Assembly: GCF_009834535.1 (NCBI RefSeq)
Contig: NC_045697.1
Coordinates: 119,290,001-119,354,000 of the forward strand
Origin: Camelus ferus
Taxonomy: Eukaryota
Length of the DNA stretch: 64,000 bases
Direction: 5' to 3'
Position 1 is the stretch's first letter; each line of letters starts with the position of its first letter. The notes under the pieces are model-generated. The model had not been told where the DNA came from. It saw nothing but the letters and a program-made list of their open reading frames with translations, and did no database searches. This document shows positions 26,801 to 39,500 of the stretch, one piece after another. Both the position numbers and the translations under genes were made by a program.

Positions 26801-29800
26801 CCCACTCCTTACATATATATGGGGAGGTAGTAGCTCCAAATCTGTTTTACAGTGAAAACTGCAGGAACTTCAAACCGGCAGTAGGAAACAGACTGAGAAT
26901 ACAGAGTAAAAGTTTCTCCTGCAACCCGTTCCATTTTTGCTAGATGAATGAACGTCTCTCCACATTCTCAGTTCTGAGAGATAAGTGTGTGTGAAAACCG
27001 ATCTTCACCTAGCTTGTTGGGAACACAAAGTTTCTTTTCTGGTGCAAACACCACTCCATAGATATATATGGGGAAGTACTACAACCAAATCGGTTTTACA
27101 GTGAAAACTGCAGGAAATTCATACCGGCACTAGGAAACAGAATAAGAAACCAGAGATAAAATTTCTCCTGCACCCGTTCCCTTGGAGCTACATGAAAAAA
27201 ACTCCCTCCACATGCTCAGTTCTGAGAGACAATTTTGTGTGAAACCAGTCCTTCACCTAGCTTGTTTGGAACACAAAGATTCTTTTCAGGTGCAAATTCC
27301 AATCCATACATATATATGGGGAAGTGCTAGCTCCAACTCGGTTTACAGTGAAATCTGCAGGAACTTCAAAAAGGCACTAGGAAACAGACTGAGAAACCAG
27401 AGTAAAAGTTTCTCCTGCAACCCGTTCCCTTTGTGCTAGATGAACGAACGTCTCTCCACATGCTCAGTTCTGAGAGTTAAGTCTGTGTGAAATCCTTCAT
27501 TCACTTAACTTGTTGGGAACTCAAAGTTTCTTTTCAGGTGCAAACTCCACTCCATACATATATATGGGGAGGTACTAGCTCCAAATCGGTTTTACAGTGA
27601 AAACTGCAGGAATTTCATACCGGCACTAGGAAACAGACTGATAAACCACAGTAAAAATTTCTCCTGCAACCCGTTTCATTTGTGCTAGATGAACGAAAGT
27701 CTCTCCACATGCTCAGTTCTGAGAGATAATTGTTTGTGTAAGCAGTCCTTTAACTAGCTTGTTGGGAACCCAAAGTTTCTTTTCAGTAGCAAACTCCACT
27801 CCATACATATATAAGTAGAGGTAGTAGCTCCATCTCGGTTTTACAGTGAAAACTGCAGGAAACTCAAATCGGCACTAGGAAACAGCTTGAGAAACCAGAG
27901 TAAAATTTTCTCCTGCAACCCGTTCCCTTGGTGCTAGATGAACGAACGACACTCCACATGCTAGGTTCTGAGAGATAATTCTGTGTGAAAGCCGTCCTTC
28001 AACTAGCTTGTTGGGAACACAAAGATTCTTTTCAGTATCTAACAACACTCCATATATTTATATGGGGAGGTACTACCTCCAACTCTGTTTTACAGTGAAA
28101 ACTGCAGGAACTTCAAACCAGCACTAGGAAACATACTGAGAAAACCGAGTAAAACTTTCTCCTGCAACCCCTTCCATTTGTGCTAGATGAACGAACGTAA
28201 CTCCACAATCTCAGTTCTGAGAGATAAGTGTGTGTGAAAGCTGTCCTTCACCTAGTTTGTTTGGAACACAAAGTTAATTTTCAGTTTGAAACTCCACTCC
28301 ATACATATATATTGGGAGGTAGTATTACCTACTCCGTTTTACAGTGAAAACTGCAGGAAATTCAAACCGGCACTAGGAAATAGACTGAGAAACCAGAGTA
28401 AAGTTTCTCCTGCAAGCAGTTCCTTTTGTGCTAGATGAACGAAAGTCTCTCCACTTGCTCAGTTCTGACAGATAAGTGTGTGCGAAAGCAGTCATTCACC
28501 TAGGTTGTTGGGAACACAATGTTTCTTTTCAGTAGCAAACTCCAATCCATACATATATATTGGGAGGTAATAGTTCCTACTCCGTTTTACAGTGAAATCT
28601 GCAGGGTATTCAAACAGGCACTAGGAAATAGACTGAGAAACCGGAGTAAACTTTCGCCTGCATACCGTTCCTTTTGTGCTAGATGAACGAAAGTCTCTCC
28701 ACTTGCTCAGTTCTGAGAGATAATTGTGTGCGAAAGCCGTCCTTCACCTAGGTTGTTGGGAACACAAAGTTTCTTTTCAGTAGCAAACCCCAATCCATAC
28801 ATATATATGGGGAGTTAATAGTTCCTACTCTGTTTTACAGTGAAAACTGCAGGAACTTCAAACCCCCACTAGGAAACAGACTGAGAAACCAGAGTAAAAG
28901 TTTCCCTTGCAACACTTTCCCTTTTTGCTAGATGAAAGAACGTCTCTCCACATGCTCCGTTCTGAGAGATAAGTGTGTCTGAAAGCTGTCCTTCAACTAG
29001 CATGTTTGGAAAACATAGATCCTTTACAGTTTGAAAATCCACTCCATACATATATTTCGGTAGGTACTAGCTCCAACTCGGTTTTACTGTGAAAACTGCA
29101 GAGATTTCAAACCGGCACTAGGAAACAGACTGAGAGACCAGAGTAAAAGTTTCTCCTGTAACCCATTCCCTTGATGATAGATGATCGATAGTCTCTCCAC
29201 AAGCTTAGTTCTGAGGGATAAGTGTCTGCGAAAGCCGTCCTTCAACAATTTGTTTTGAACACAAAGTTTCTTTTCAGAAGCAAACACCAATCCATAAATA
29301 TATTTGGGGAGGTACTAGTTCCAAATCGGTTTTACAGTGAAAACTGCAGGAACTTCAAACCGGCACTAGGAAACAGACTGAGAAAACAGGGTAAATGTTT
29401 CTCCTGCAACACGTTCCTTTTGTGCTTGATGAACGAGCGTCTATCCACATGCTGAGTTCTGAGAGATAAGTGTGTGTGAAAGCCGTACTTCCCCTAGCTT
29501 GTTGGCAACACAAAGATTCTTTTCAGTTTCAAACTCCACTACTTAAATATATATAGGGAGGTACTAGCTCCAACTCTTTTATAAAGTGAAAACTGCAGGA
29601 ACTTCAAACCGGCAGTAGGAAACAGACTGAGAACCCAGAGTAAATGTTACTCCTGCAACCCTTCCAATTGTGCTAGATGAACGAACGTCTATCCACATGC
29701 CAAATTCTGAGAGATAAGTGTGTGTGAATGCCGTCCTTCACCTAACTTGTTGGGAACACAAAGTTTCTTTTCATGTACAAACACCACTCCTTATATATAT

Positions 29801-29960
29801 ATGGGGAGGTACTAGCTCCAAATCAGTTTTACAGTGAAAACTGCAGGAACTTCAAACCGGCAGTAGGAAACTGACTGAGACACGAGAGTAAAAGTTTCTC
29901 CTGCAACCCATTCCATTTTTGCTAGATGAACGAACGTCTCACCACATTCTAATTTCTGAG
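21130..29960 (+). repeat. Higher-order repeat: ~2 tandem copies of an 18-monomer (~4.47 kb) unit, overlapping the end of the 25-mer block
   Basis: gatcgatagtc is at 24710 and 29183 (4473 bp). Paralogous ORFs 24396/28869 and 24749/29222 share this spacing, and aaactgtagg is at 21141 and 25613. Confidence 0.88.
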
Positions 29961-32900
29961 AGATAAGTGTTAGTGAAAGCCGTGCTTCACCTAGCTTGTT
30001 GGGAACACAAAGATTCTTTTCAGGTGCAAATTCCACTCCATAATTATATATGGGCTGTACTAGCTCCAACTAGGTTTTACATTGAAAAATGCAGGAATTT
30101 CAAACTGGCACTAGGAAACAGACTGAGAAACCATAGTAAATGTTTCTCCTGCAACATGATCCATTTGTGCTAGATGAACGAACGTCTCTCCACATGCTCA
30201 GTTCTGAGAGATAAGTGTGTGTATAAGCAGTCCTTAACTAGCTTGTTGGGAACACAAAGTTTCTTTTCAGTAGCAAACACCACTCCATACATATATAAGG
30301 AGAGGTAGTAGCTCCATCTCGGTTTTACAGTGAAAAATGCAGGAAACTCAAATCGGCACTAGGAAATAGACTGAGAAACCAGAGTAAACTTTCTCCTGCA
30401 AGCCGTTCCTTTTGTGCTAGATGAACGAAAGTCTCTCCACTTACTCAGTTCTGAGAGACAAGTGTGTGCGAAAGCCGTCCTTCACCTAGGTTGTTGGGAA
30501 CACAAAGTTTCTTTTCAGTAGCAAACTCCAATCCATATATATATATGGGGAGGTAATAGTTCCTATTCCATTTTACAGTGAAAACTGCAGGATGTTCAAA
30601 CCGGCACTAGGAAATAGAGTGAGAAACCGGAGTAAAATTTCAGCTGCGAACGGTTCCTTTTGTGCTAGATGAACGAAAGTCTCTCCACTTGCTCAGTTCT
30701 CAGAGATAAGTGTGTGCGAAAGCCGTCCTTCACCTAGGTTGTTGGGAACACAAAATTTCTTTTCAGTAGCAAACTCCAATCCATACATATATATGGGGAG
30801 GTAATAGTTCCTACTCAATTTTACAGTGAAACTGCAGGATCTTCAAACCGGCACTAGGAAACAGACTGAGAAACCAGAGTAAAAGTTTCTCCTGCAACAC
30901 GTTCCTTTTGTGGTAGATGCACGAACGTCTATCCACATGCTGAGTTCTGAGAGATAAGTGGGTTTGAAAGCCGTACTTCTCCTAGCCTGTTGGGAACACA
31001 AAATTTCTTTTCAGTTTCTTACTCCACTATTTAAATATATATAGGTAAGTACTTGCTCCAACGCTTTTTTAAAGTGAAAACTGCAGGAAATTCAAACCGG
31101 CAGTAGGAAACAGACTGAGAAACCTGAGTAAATGTTTCTCCTGCAACTCTTACATTTGTGCTAGATGAACGAACGTCCATCCACATGCCCAATTCTGAGA
31201 CATAAGTGTGTGTGAAAGCCATCCTTCAACTATCTTGTTGGTAACACAAAGTTTCTTTTCAGGTGCAAACACCACTCCATACATATATATGGGGAGGTAC
31301 TTGTTCCAAATCGGATTTACAGTGAAAAATGCAGGAAATTCAAACCGGCACTAGGAAACAGAATGAGAAACCAGAGTAAAAGTTTCTCCTGCAACCCGTT
31401 CCATTTTTGCTAGATGAACGAACGTCTCTCCACATTCTCAGTTCTGAGAGATAAGTGTGTGTGTAAGCCGTCCTTCACCTAGTTTGTTGGGAACACAAAG
31501 TTTCTTTTCAGGTGCAAACATCACTCCAAACATATATATGGGGATATACTAGCACCAGATCGGTTTTACAGTGAAATCTGCAGGAACTTCAAACCGGTAC
31601 TAGGAAACAGAATAAGAAACCAGAGTTAAAATTTCCCCTGCAACCCATTCCCTTGGTGCTAGATGAACGAAACTCTCTCCACATGCTCAGTTCTGAGAGA
31701 AAAGTGTGTGTGAAAGCCGTCCTTCACCTAGCTTGTTGGGAACACAAAGTTTCTTTTCATGTGCAAATTCCACTCCATAGATATATATGGGGAGGTACTA
31801 GATCCAACTCGGTTTTACAGTGAAAACTGCAGGAACTTCAAACCGGCACTAGGAAACAGACTGAGAAACCAGAGTAAAAGGTTCTCCTGCAACCCGTTCC
31901 CTTTGTGCTAGATGAACGAACGTCTCTCCACATTCTCAGTTCTGACAGATAAGTGTGTGTGAAAGCAGTCCTTCACCTAGCTTGTTGGAACACAAAGATT
32001 CTTTTCATTTGCGAACACCACTCCATACATATATATAGGGAAGTACTAGTTCCAGCTCGGTTTTACAGTGAAATCTGCAGGAATTTCAAAACGGCACTAG
32101 GAAACAAAATAAGAAACCAGATTTAAATTTCTCCTGCAACCCGTTCCCTTGGTGCTAGATGAAAGAAACTCTCTCCACATGCTCAGTTCTGAGAGATAAG
32201 TGTGTGTGAAAGCCGTCCTTCACTTAGATTGTTGGGAACACAAAGTTATTTCAGGTGAAAATTCCACTCCATACATATATATGGGGAGGTACTAGCTCCA
32301 ACTAGGTTTTACAGTGAAAACTACAGAAACTTCAAACCGGCATTAGGAAACAGACTGATAAACCACAGTAAAAATTTCTCCTGCAACCCGTTCCATTTGT
32401 GCTAGATGAACGAACGTCTCTCCACATGCTCAGTTCTGAGAGATAAGTGTGTGTGTAAGCAGTCCTTTAACTAGCTTGTTGGGAACACAAAGTTTCTTTT
32501 GAGTAGCAAACTCCACTCCATACATATATAAGGAGAGGTACTGGCTCCATCTCGGTTTTACAGTGAAAACTGCAGGAAACTCTAATCGGAACTAGGAAAA
32601 AGCTTGAGAAACCAGAGTAAAATTTCTCCTGCAACCAGTTCCCTTTTTTTGCTAGAAGAACGAACGACACTCCACATGCTAGGTTCTGAGAGATAAGTCT
32701 GTGTGAAACCCGTTCTTCACCTAGCTTGTTGGGAACACAAAGATTCTTTTCAGTTTCTAACTCCACTCCATATATTTTTATGGGGAGGTACTAACTCCAA
32801 CTCTGTTTTACAGTGAAAACTGCAGGATCTTCAAACCAGCACTAGGAAACATACTGAGAAAACCGAGTAAAACTTTCTCCTGCAACCCCTTCCATTTGTG

Positions 32901-35900
32901 CTAGATGAACGAACGTAACTCCACAATCTCAGTTCTGAGAGATAAGTGTGTGTGAAAGCCGTCCTTCACCTTGTTTGTTTGGAACACAAAGATCCTTTTC
33001 AGTTTCTAACTCCACTCCATACATATATATTGGGAGGTACTATTTCCTACTCCGTTTTACAGGGAAAACTGCAGGAAATTCATTACGGCACTAGGAAATA
33101 GACTGAGAAACCAGAGTAAAGTTTCTCCTGCAAGCCGTTCCTTTTGTGCTAGATGAACGAAAGTCTCTCCAATTGCTCAGATCTGAGATATAAGTGTGTG
33201 CCAATGCCGTCCTTCACATAGGTTGTTGGGTAAACAAAGTTTTTTTTCAGTAGCAAACTCCAATCCATACATATATATTGGGGGGGAATAGTTCCTACTC
33301 TGTTTACAGTGAAAACTGCAGGAACTTCAATCCGGCACTAGGAAACACACTGAGAAACAAGACTAAATTTTTCTCCTGCAACCCTTCCATTTGTGCTAGA
33401 TGAACGAACGTCTATCCACATGCCAAATTCTGAGAGATAAATGTGTGTGAAAGCCGTTCTTCACCTAACTTGTTGGGAACACAAAGTTTCTTTTCAGGTG
33501 CAAACTCCTCTCCATAAATATATATGGGGAAGTACTAGCTCCAAATCGGTTTTACAGTGAAAACTGCAGGAACTTCAAACCGGCAGTAGGAAACAGACTG
33601 AGTAACCAGAGTAAAAGTTTCTCCTGCAACCCGTTCCATTTTGGCTAGATGAACGAACGTCTCTCCACATTCTCAGTTCTGAGAGTTAAGTGTGTGTGAA
33701 AGCAGTCCTTCACCTAGCTTGTTGGGAACACAAAGATTCTTTTCAGGTGCAAACACCACTGCATACATATATATAGTGAAGCACTAGATCCAGCTCGGTT
33801 TTACAGTGAAAACTGCAGGAATTTCAAACCGGCTCTAAGAAAATGAATAAGAACCCAGAGTTAAAATTACTCCTGCAACCCATTCCCTTGGTGCTAGATG
33901 AACGAAATTCTCTCCACATGCTCAGTTCTGAGAGATAAGCGTGTGTGAAAGCCGTCCTTCACCTAGCTTGTTGGGAACACAAAGATTCTTTTCAGGTGCA
34001 AATTCCACTACATACATATATATGGGGAGGTACAAGCTCCAATTCCGTTTTACAGTGAAAACTGCAGGAACTTCAAATCGGCACTAGGAAACAGATTGAG
34101 AAACCACAGTAAAAGTTTCTCCTTCAACCCGTTCCATTTTTGCTGGATGAACGAACGTCTCTCCACATGCTCAGTTCTGAGAGATAAGTGTGTGTGTAAG
34201 CAGTCCTTTAACTAGCTTGTTTGGAACACAAAGTTTCTTTCCGGTAGCAAATTCCACTCCATACATATATAAGGAGAGGTAGTAGCTCCATCTCGGTTTT
34301 ATAGTGAAAACTGCAGGAAACTCAAATCGGCACTAGTAAACAGCATGAGAAACCAGAGTGAATGTTTCTCCTGCAACCCATTCCCTTTTTTCTAGATGAA
34401 TGAACGTCTCTCCACATTCCCAGTTCTGAGAGATAAGTGTGTGTGAAATCCGTCCTTCACATAACTTGTTGGGAACACAAAGATTCTTTTCAGGTGCTAA
34501 AAACTATCCATACATATATATGGGGAGGTATTAGCTCCAACTCGGTTTTACAGTGAAAACTGCAGGAACTTCAAACCGGCACTAGGAAACAGACTGAGAA
34601 ACCAGAGTAATAGTTTCCCCTGCAACCATTTCCCTTGTTGCTAGATGAACGAACGTCTCTCCACATGCTCAGTTCTGAGATATAAGTGTGTCTGAAAGCC
34701 GTCCTTCACATAGCATGTTGGGAACACAAAGTTTCTTTTCAGTTTCAAACTCCACTCCATACATATATATGGGGAGGTACTAGCTCCAACTCGGCTTTAC
34801 AGTGAAAACTGCAGGAACTTCAAACCGGCACTAGGAAACAGACTGAGAGACCAGAGTAAAAGTTGCACCTGCAAGCCGTTCCTTTTGTGCTAGATGAACG
34901 AAAGTCTCTCCACTTGCTCAGTTCTGAGAGATAAGTGGGTGCGAAAGCCGTCCTTCACCTACGTTGTTGGGAACACAAAGTTTCTTTTCAGTAGCAAACT
35001 CCAATCCATACATATATATTGGGAGGTAATAGATCCTACTCCGTTTTACAGTGAAAATTTCAGGAAATTCAAACCGGCACTAGGAAATAGACTGAGAAAA
35101 CGGAGTAATGTTTCTCCTGCAACACGTTACTTTTGTGCTAGATGAACGAACGTCTATCCACATGTTGAGTTCTGAGAGATAAGTGGGTTTGAAAGCCGTA
35201 CTGCTCCTAGCCTGTTGGGAACACAAAGATTCTTTTCAGTTTCAAACTCCACTATTTAAATATATATAGGGAGATACTATCTCCAAATCTTTTTTAAAGT
35301 GAAAACTGCAGGAACTTCAAACCGGCAGTAGGAAACAGACTGAGAAACCAGAGTAAAATTTTGTACTGCAAACAGTTCCCATTGTGCTAGATGAACGAAC
35401 GTCTCACCACATGCTCAGTTCTGAGTGATAAGTGTGTGTGATAGTCGTCTTTAAGTAGCTTGTTCGGAACACAGAATTTCTTTTCAGGTGCAAACTCCAC
35501 TCCATACATATATATGGGGAGGTACTAAATCCAACTCTATTTTACAGTGATGACTGCAGGAACTTCAAACCGGCAATAGGAAACAGACTGAGAACCCAGA
35601 CTAAAAGTTTCACCTGCAAACCGTTACCTTTGTGCTAGATGAATGAACGTCTCTCCACATGCCCAGTTCTGAGACATAAGTGTGTGTGAAAGCCATACTT
35701 CATATAACTTGTTGGGAACACAAAGTTTCTTTCCAGGTGCAAACCCCAATCCATACATATATATGGTGAGGTACTAGCTCCAACTCGGTTTTACAGTGAA
35801 AACTGCAGGAACTTCAAACCGGCACTAGGAAACAGAATAAGAACCAGAGTTAAAATTTCTCCTGCAACCAATTCCCTTGGTGCTAAATGAACGAAACTCA

Positions 35901-36519
35901 CCACATGCTCAGTTCTGAGAGATAAGTGTGTGTGAAAGCTGTCCTTCACCTAGCTTGTTGGGAACACAAATTTTCTTTTCAGGTGCAAATTCCACTCCAT
36001 ACATATATATGGTGAAGGACAAGCTCCAACTCGGTTTTACAGTGAAAACTGCAGGAACTTCAAACCGGCACTAGGAAACAGACTGAGAAACCAGAGTAAA
36101 AGATTCTCCTGCAACCCGTTCACTTTGTGCTAGATGAACGAACGTCTCTCCACATGCTCAGTTCTGAGATATAAGTGTGTGTGAAAGCCGTCCTTCACCT
36201 AGCTTGCTGGGAACACAAAGTTTCTTTTCAGTAGCAAACTCCACTCCATATATATATATGGGGAGGTACTATCTCCATCTCTGTTTTACAGTGAAAACTG
36301 CATGATCCTCAAAACGGCACTAGGAAACAGACTGAGAAACCAGAGTAAAATTTCTCCTGCTACCCGTTCCCTTTTTGCTAGATGAACGAACGACACTCCA
36401 CATGCTAGATACTGAGAGATAAGTGTGTGTGAAAGCCGTCCTTCACCTAGCTTGTTGGGAACACAAAGTTTCTTTCAAGTTTCAAACTCCACTCCATATA
36501 TTTATATGGTGAGGTACTA

Positions 36520-39500
36520 GCTCCAACTCGGTTTTACAGTGAAAGCTGCAGGAACTTCAAACCGGCACTAGGAAACAGACTGAGAATGCAGAGTAAAAGA
36601 TTATACTGCAACCCATTCCAATTGTGCAAGATGAACGAACGTCTCTACACTTGCCCAGTTCTGAGATATAAGTTGTGTGTAAGCAGTCTTTAACTACCTT
36701 GTTGGGAACACAAAGTTTCTTTTAAGTAGCAAACTCAACTACATACATATATAAGGGGAGGTACAAGCTCCATCTCGGTTTAACAGTGAAAACTCCAGGA
36801 ACCTCAAATCAGCACTAGGAAACAGACTGATATACGAGAGTAAAGTTTATCCTGCAACCCGTTCCATTTTTTCTAGATTAACGAACGACACTCCACATGC
36901 TAGGTTCTGAGAGATAAGTGTTTGTGAAAGCCGTCCTTCAACTAGTTTGTTGGGAACACAAATTTTCTTTTCAGGTGCAATATACACTCCATACATATAT
37001 ATGGGGTAGGTACTAGCTCCAACTCGGTTTTGCACTGAAAACTGCAGGAATTTCAAACCGGCACTAGGAAACAGACTGAGAAACCAGAGTAAAATTTCTC
37101 CTGCAACCCGTTCCCTTTATGCTAGATGAACGAACGTCTCTCCTCATGCTCAGTTCTGAGAGATATATGTGTGTGAAAGCCGTTCTTCACCTAGCTTGTT
37201 GGGAACACAAAGTTTCTTTACAGTTTCAATTGGCACTCCATACATATATATGGGGAGGTATTAGCTCCAACTCGGTTTTACAGTGAAAACGCAGGTATTT
37301 CAAATCGGCTTTAGGAAACAGACTCAGAAACGAGAGTAAAAGTTTCTCCTGCAAACTGTTCCTTTTGTGCTAGATGAACGAACGTCTCCTCAATGCTCAG
37401 TTCTGAGAGATAACTGTGTGTGAATGCCGTCCTTCACATAACTTGTTGGGAACAAAATGTTTCTTTTCTGGTGGAATCTCCACTCCATACATATATATGG
37501 GGAAGTATTAGCTCCAACTCTGTTTTACAATGAAAACTGCAGGAAAAACAAACCGGCACTAGGAAACATACTGAGAAACCAGAGAAAACTTTCCCCTGCA
37601 ACCCATTCCCTTTGTGCTAGATAAACGAGCGTCTCTCCACATGCTCAGTTCTGAGAGATAAGTGTGTGTGAACGGAGTCCTTCAACTAACTTGTTGGGAA
37701 AACTAAGTTCGTTTTCAAATTCTAACATCACACCATACATATATATGGGGAGGTACTAGCTATAACTCTGTTTTACAGTGAAATCTGCAGGAACTTCAAA
37801 CCGTCACTATGAAAAAGACTGAGAAACTAGATTAAAAGTTTTTCCTGCAACCCGTTCCCTTGGTGCTAAATGAAGGAACGCCTCTCCACATGCTCAGTTC
37901 TGAGAGATAAGTGTGTGTGAAAGCCGTATTCACGTAGCTTGTTGGGAAAACAAAGTTTGTTTTCAGTTTCATACTCCACTCCATAAATATATATGGGGAG
38001 GTACTAGCTCCAACTCGGTTTAATAGTGAAAATTGCAGGAACTCCAACCCGGCTCTAGGAAACAGACTGAGAAACCAGAGAAAAGTTTATACTGCAGACC
38101 ATTCCCATTGTGCTAGATGAACGAACGTCTCTCCACATGCTCAGTTCTGAGTGATAAGTGTGTGTGAAATCCGTCCTTCAACTAGCTTGTTGGGAACGTA
38201 AATTTTCTTTTCAGGTGCAAAATCCACTCCATACATTTATATGGGTAGGCACTAGTTTCAACTCGGTTTTACAGTGAAAACTGTAGGAACTTCAAACCGG
38301 CACTAGGAAACAGACTGAGGTACCAGAGTAAAATTTTCTCCTGCAACCCGTTCCTTTATGCTAGATGAACGAACGTCTCTCCTCATGCTCAGTTCTGAGA
38401 GATATATGTGTGTGAAAGCCGTCCTTCAAATAGCTTGTTGGGAACACAAAGATTCTTTTCAGTTTCAATTGGCACTCCATACATATATATGGGGAGGTAT
38501 TAGCTCCAACTAGGTTTTACAGTGAAAACTGCAGAAACTTCAAACCGGCACTAGGAAACAGACTGATAAACCACAGTAAAAGTTCCTCCTGCAACCCGTT
38601 CCATTTGTGCTAGATGAACGAACGTCTCTCCACATGCTCAGTTCTGAGAGATATGTGTGTGTGTAAGCAGTCCTTTAACTAGCTTGTTGGGAACACAAAG
38701 TTTCTTTTGAGTAGCAAACTCCACTCCAAACATATATAAGGAGAGGTACTGGCTCCATCTCGGTTTTACAGTGAAAACTGCAGGAACCTCTAAACGGCAC
38801 TAGGAAAAAGCTTGAGAAACCAGAGTAAAATTTCTCCTGCAACCAGTTCCCTTTTTTTCTAGAAGAACGAACGACACTCCACATGCTAGTTTCTGAGAGA
38901 TAAGTCTGTGTGAAACCCGTACATCACCTAGCTTGTTGGGAAAACAAAGATTCTTTTCAGTTTCTAAGTCCACTCCATATATTTATATGGGGAGGTACTA
39001 CCTCCAAATCTGTTTTACAGTGAAAACTGCAGGAACTTCAAACCAGCACTAGGAAACATACTGAGATAACCGAGTAAAACTTTCTCCTGCAACCCCTTCC
39101 ATTTGTGCTAGATGAACGAACGTAACTCCACAATCTCAGTTCTGAGAGATAAGTGTGTGTGAAAGCCGTCCTTCACCTAGTTTGTTTGGAACACAAAGAT
39201 TCTTTTCAGTTTCAAACTCCACTCCATACATATACATTGGGAGGTACTAGTTCCTACTCCTTTTTACAGTGAAAACTGCAGGAAATTCATAACGGCACTA
39301 GGAAATAGACTGAGAAACCAGAGTAAAGTTTCCCTGCAAGCCGTTCCTTTTGTGCTAGATGAACGAAAGTCTCTCCAATTGCTCAGTTCTGAGAGATAAG
39401 TGTGTGCGAATGCCGTCCTTCACCTAGGTTGTTGGGTAAACAAAGTTTCTTTTCAGTAGCAAACTCCAATCCATACATATATATAGGGGGGTAATAGTTC

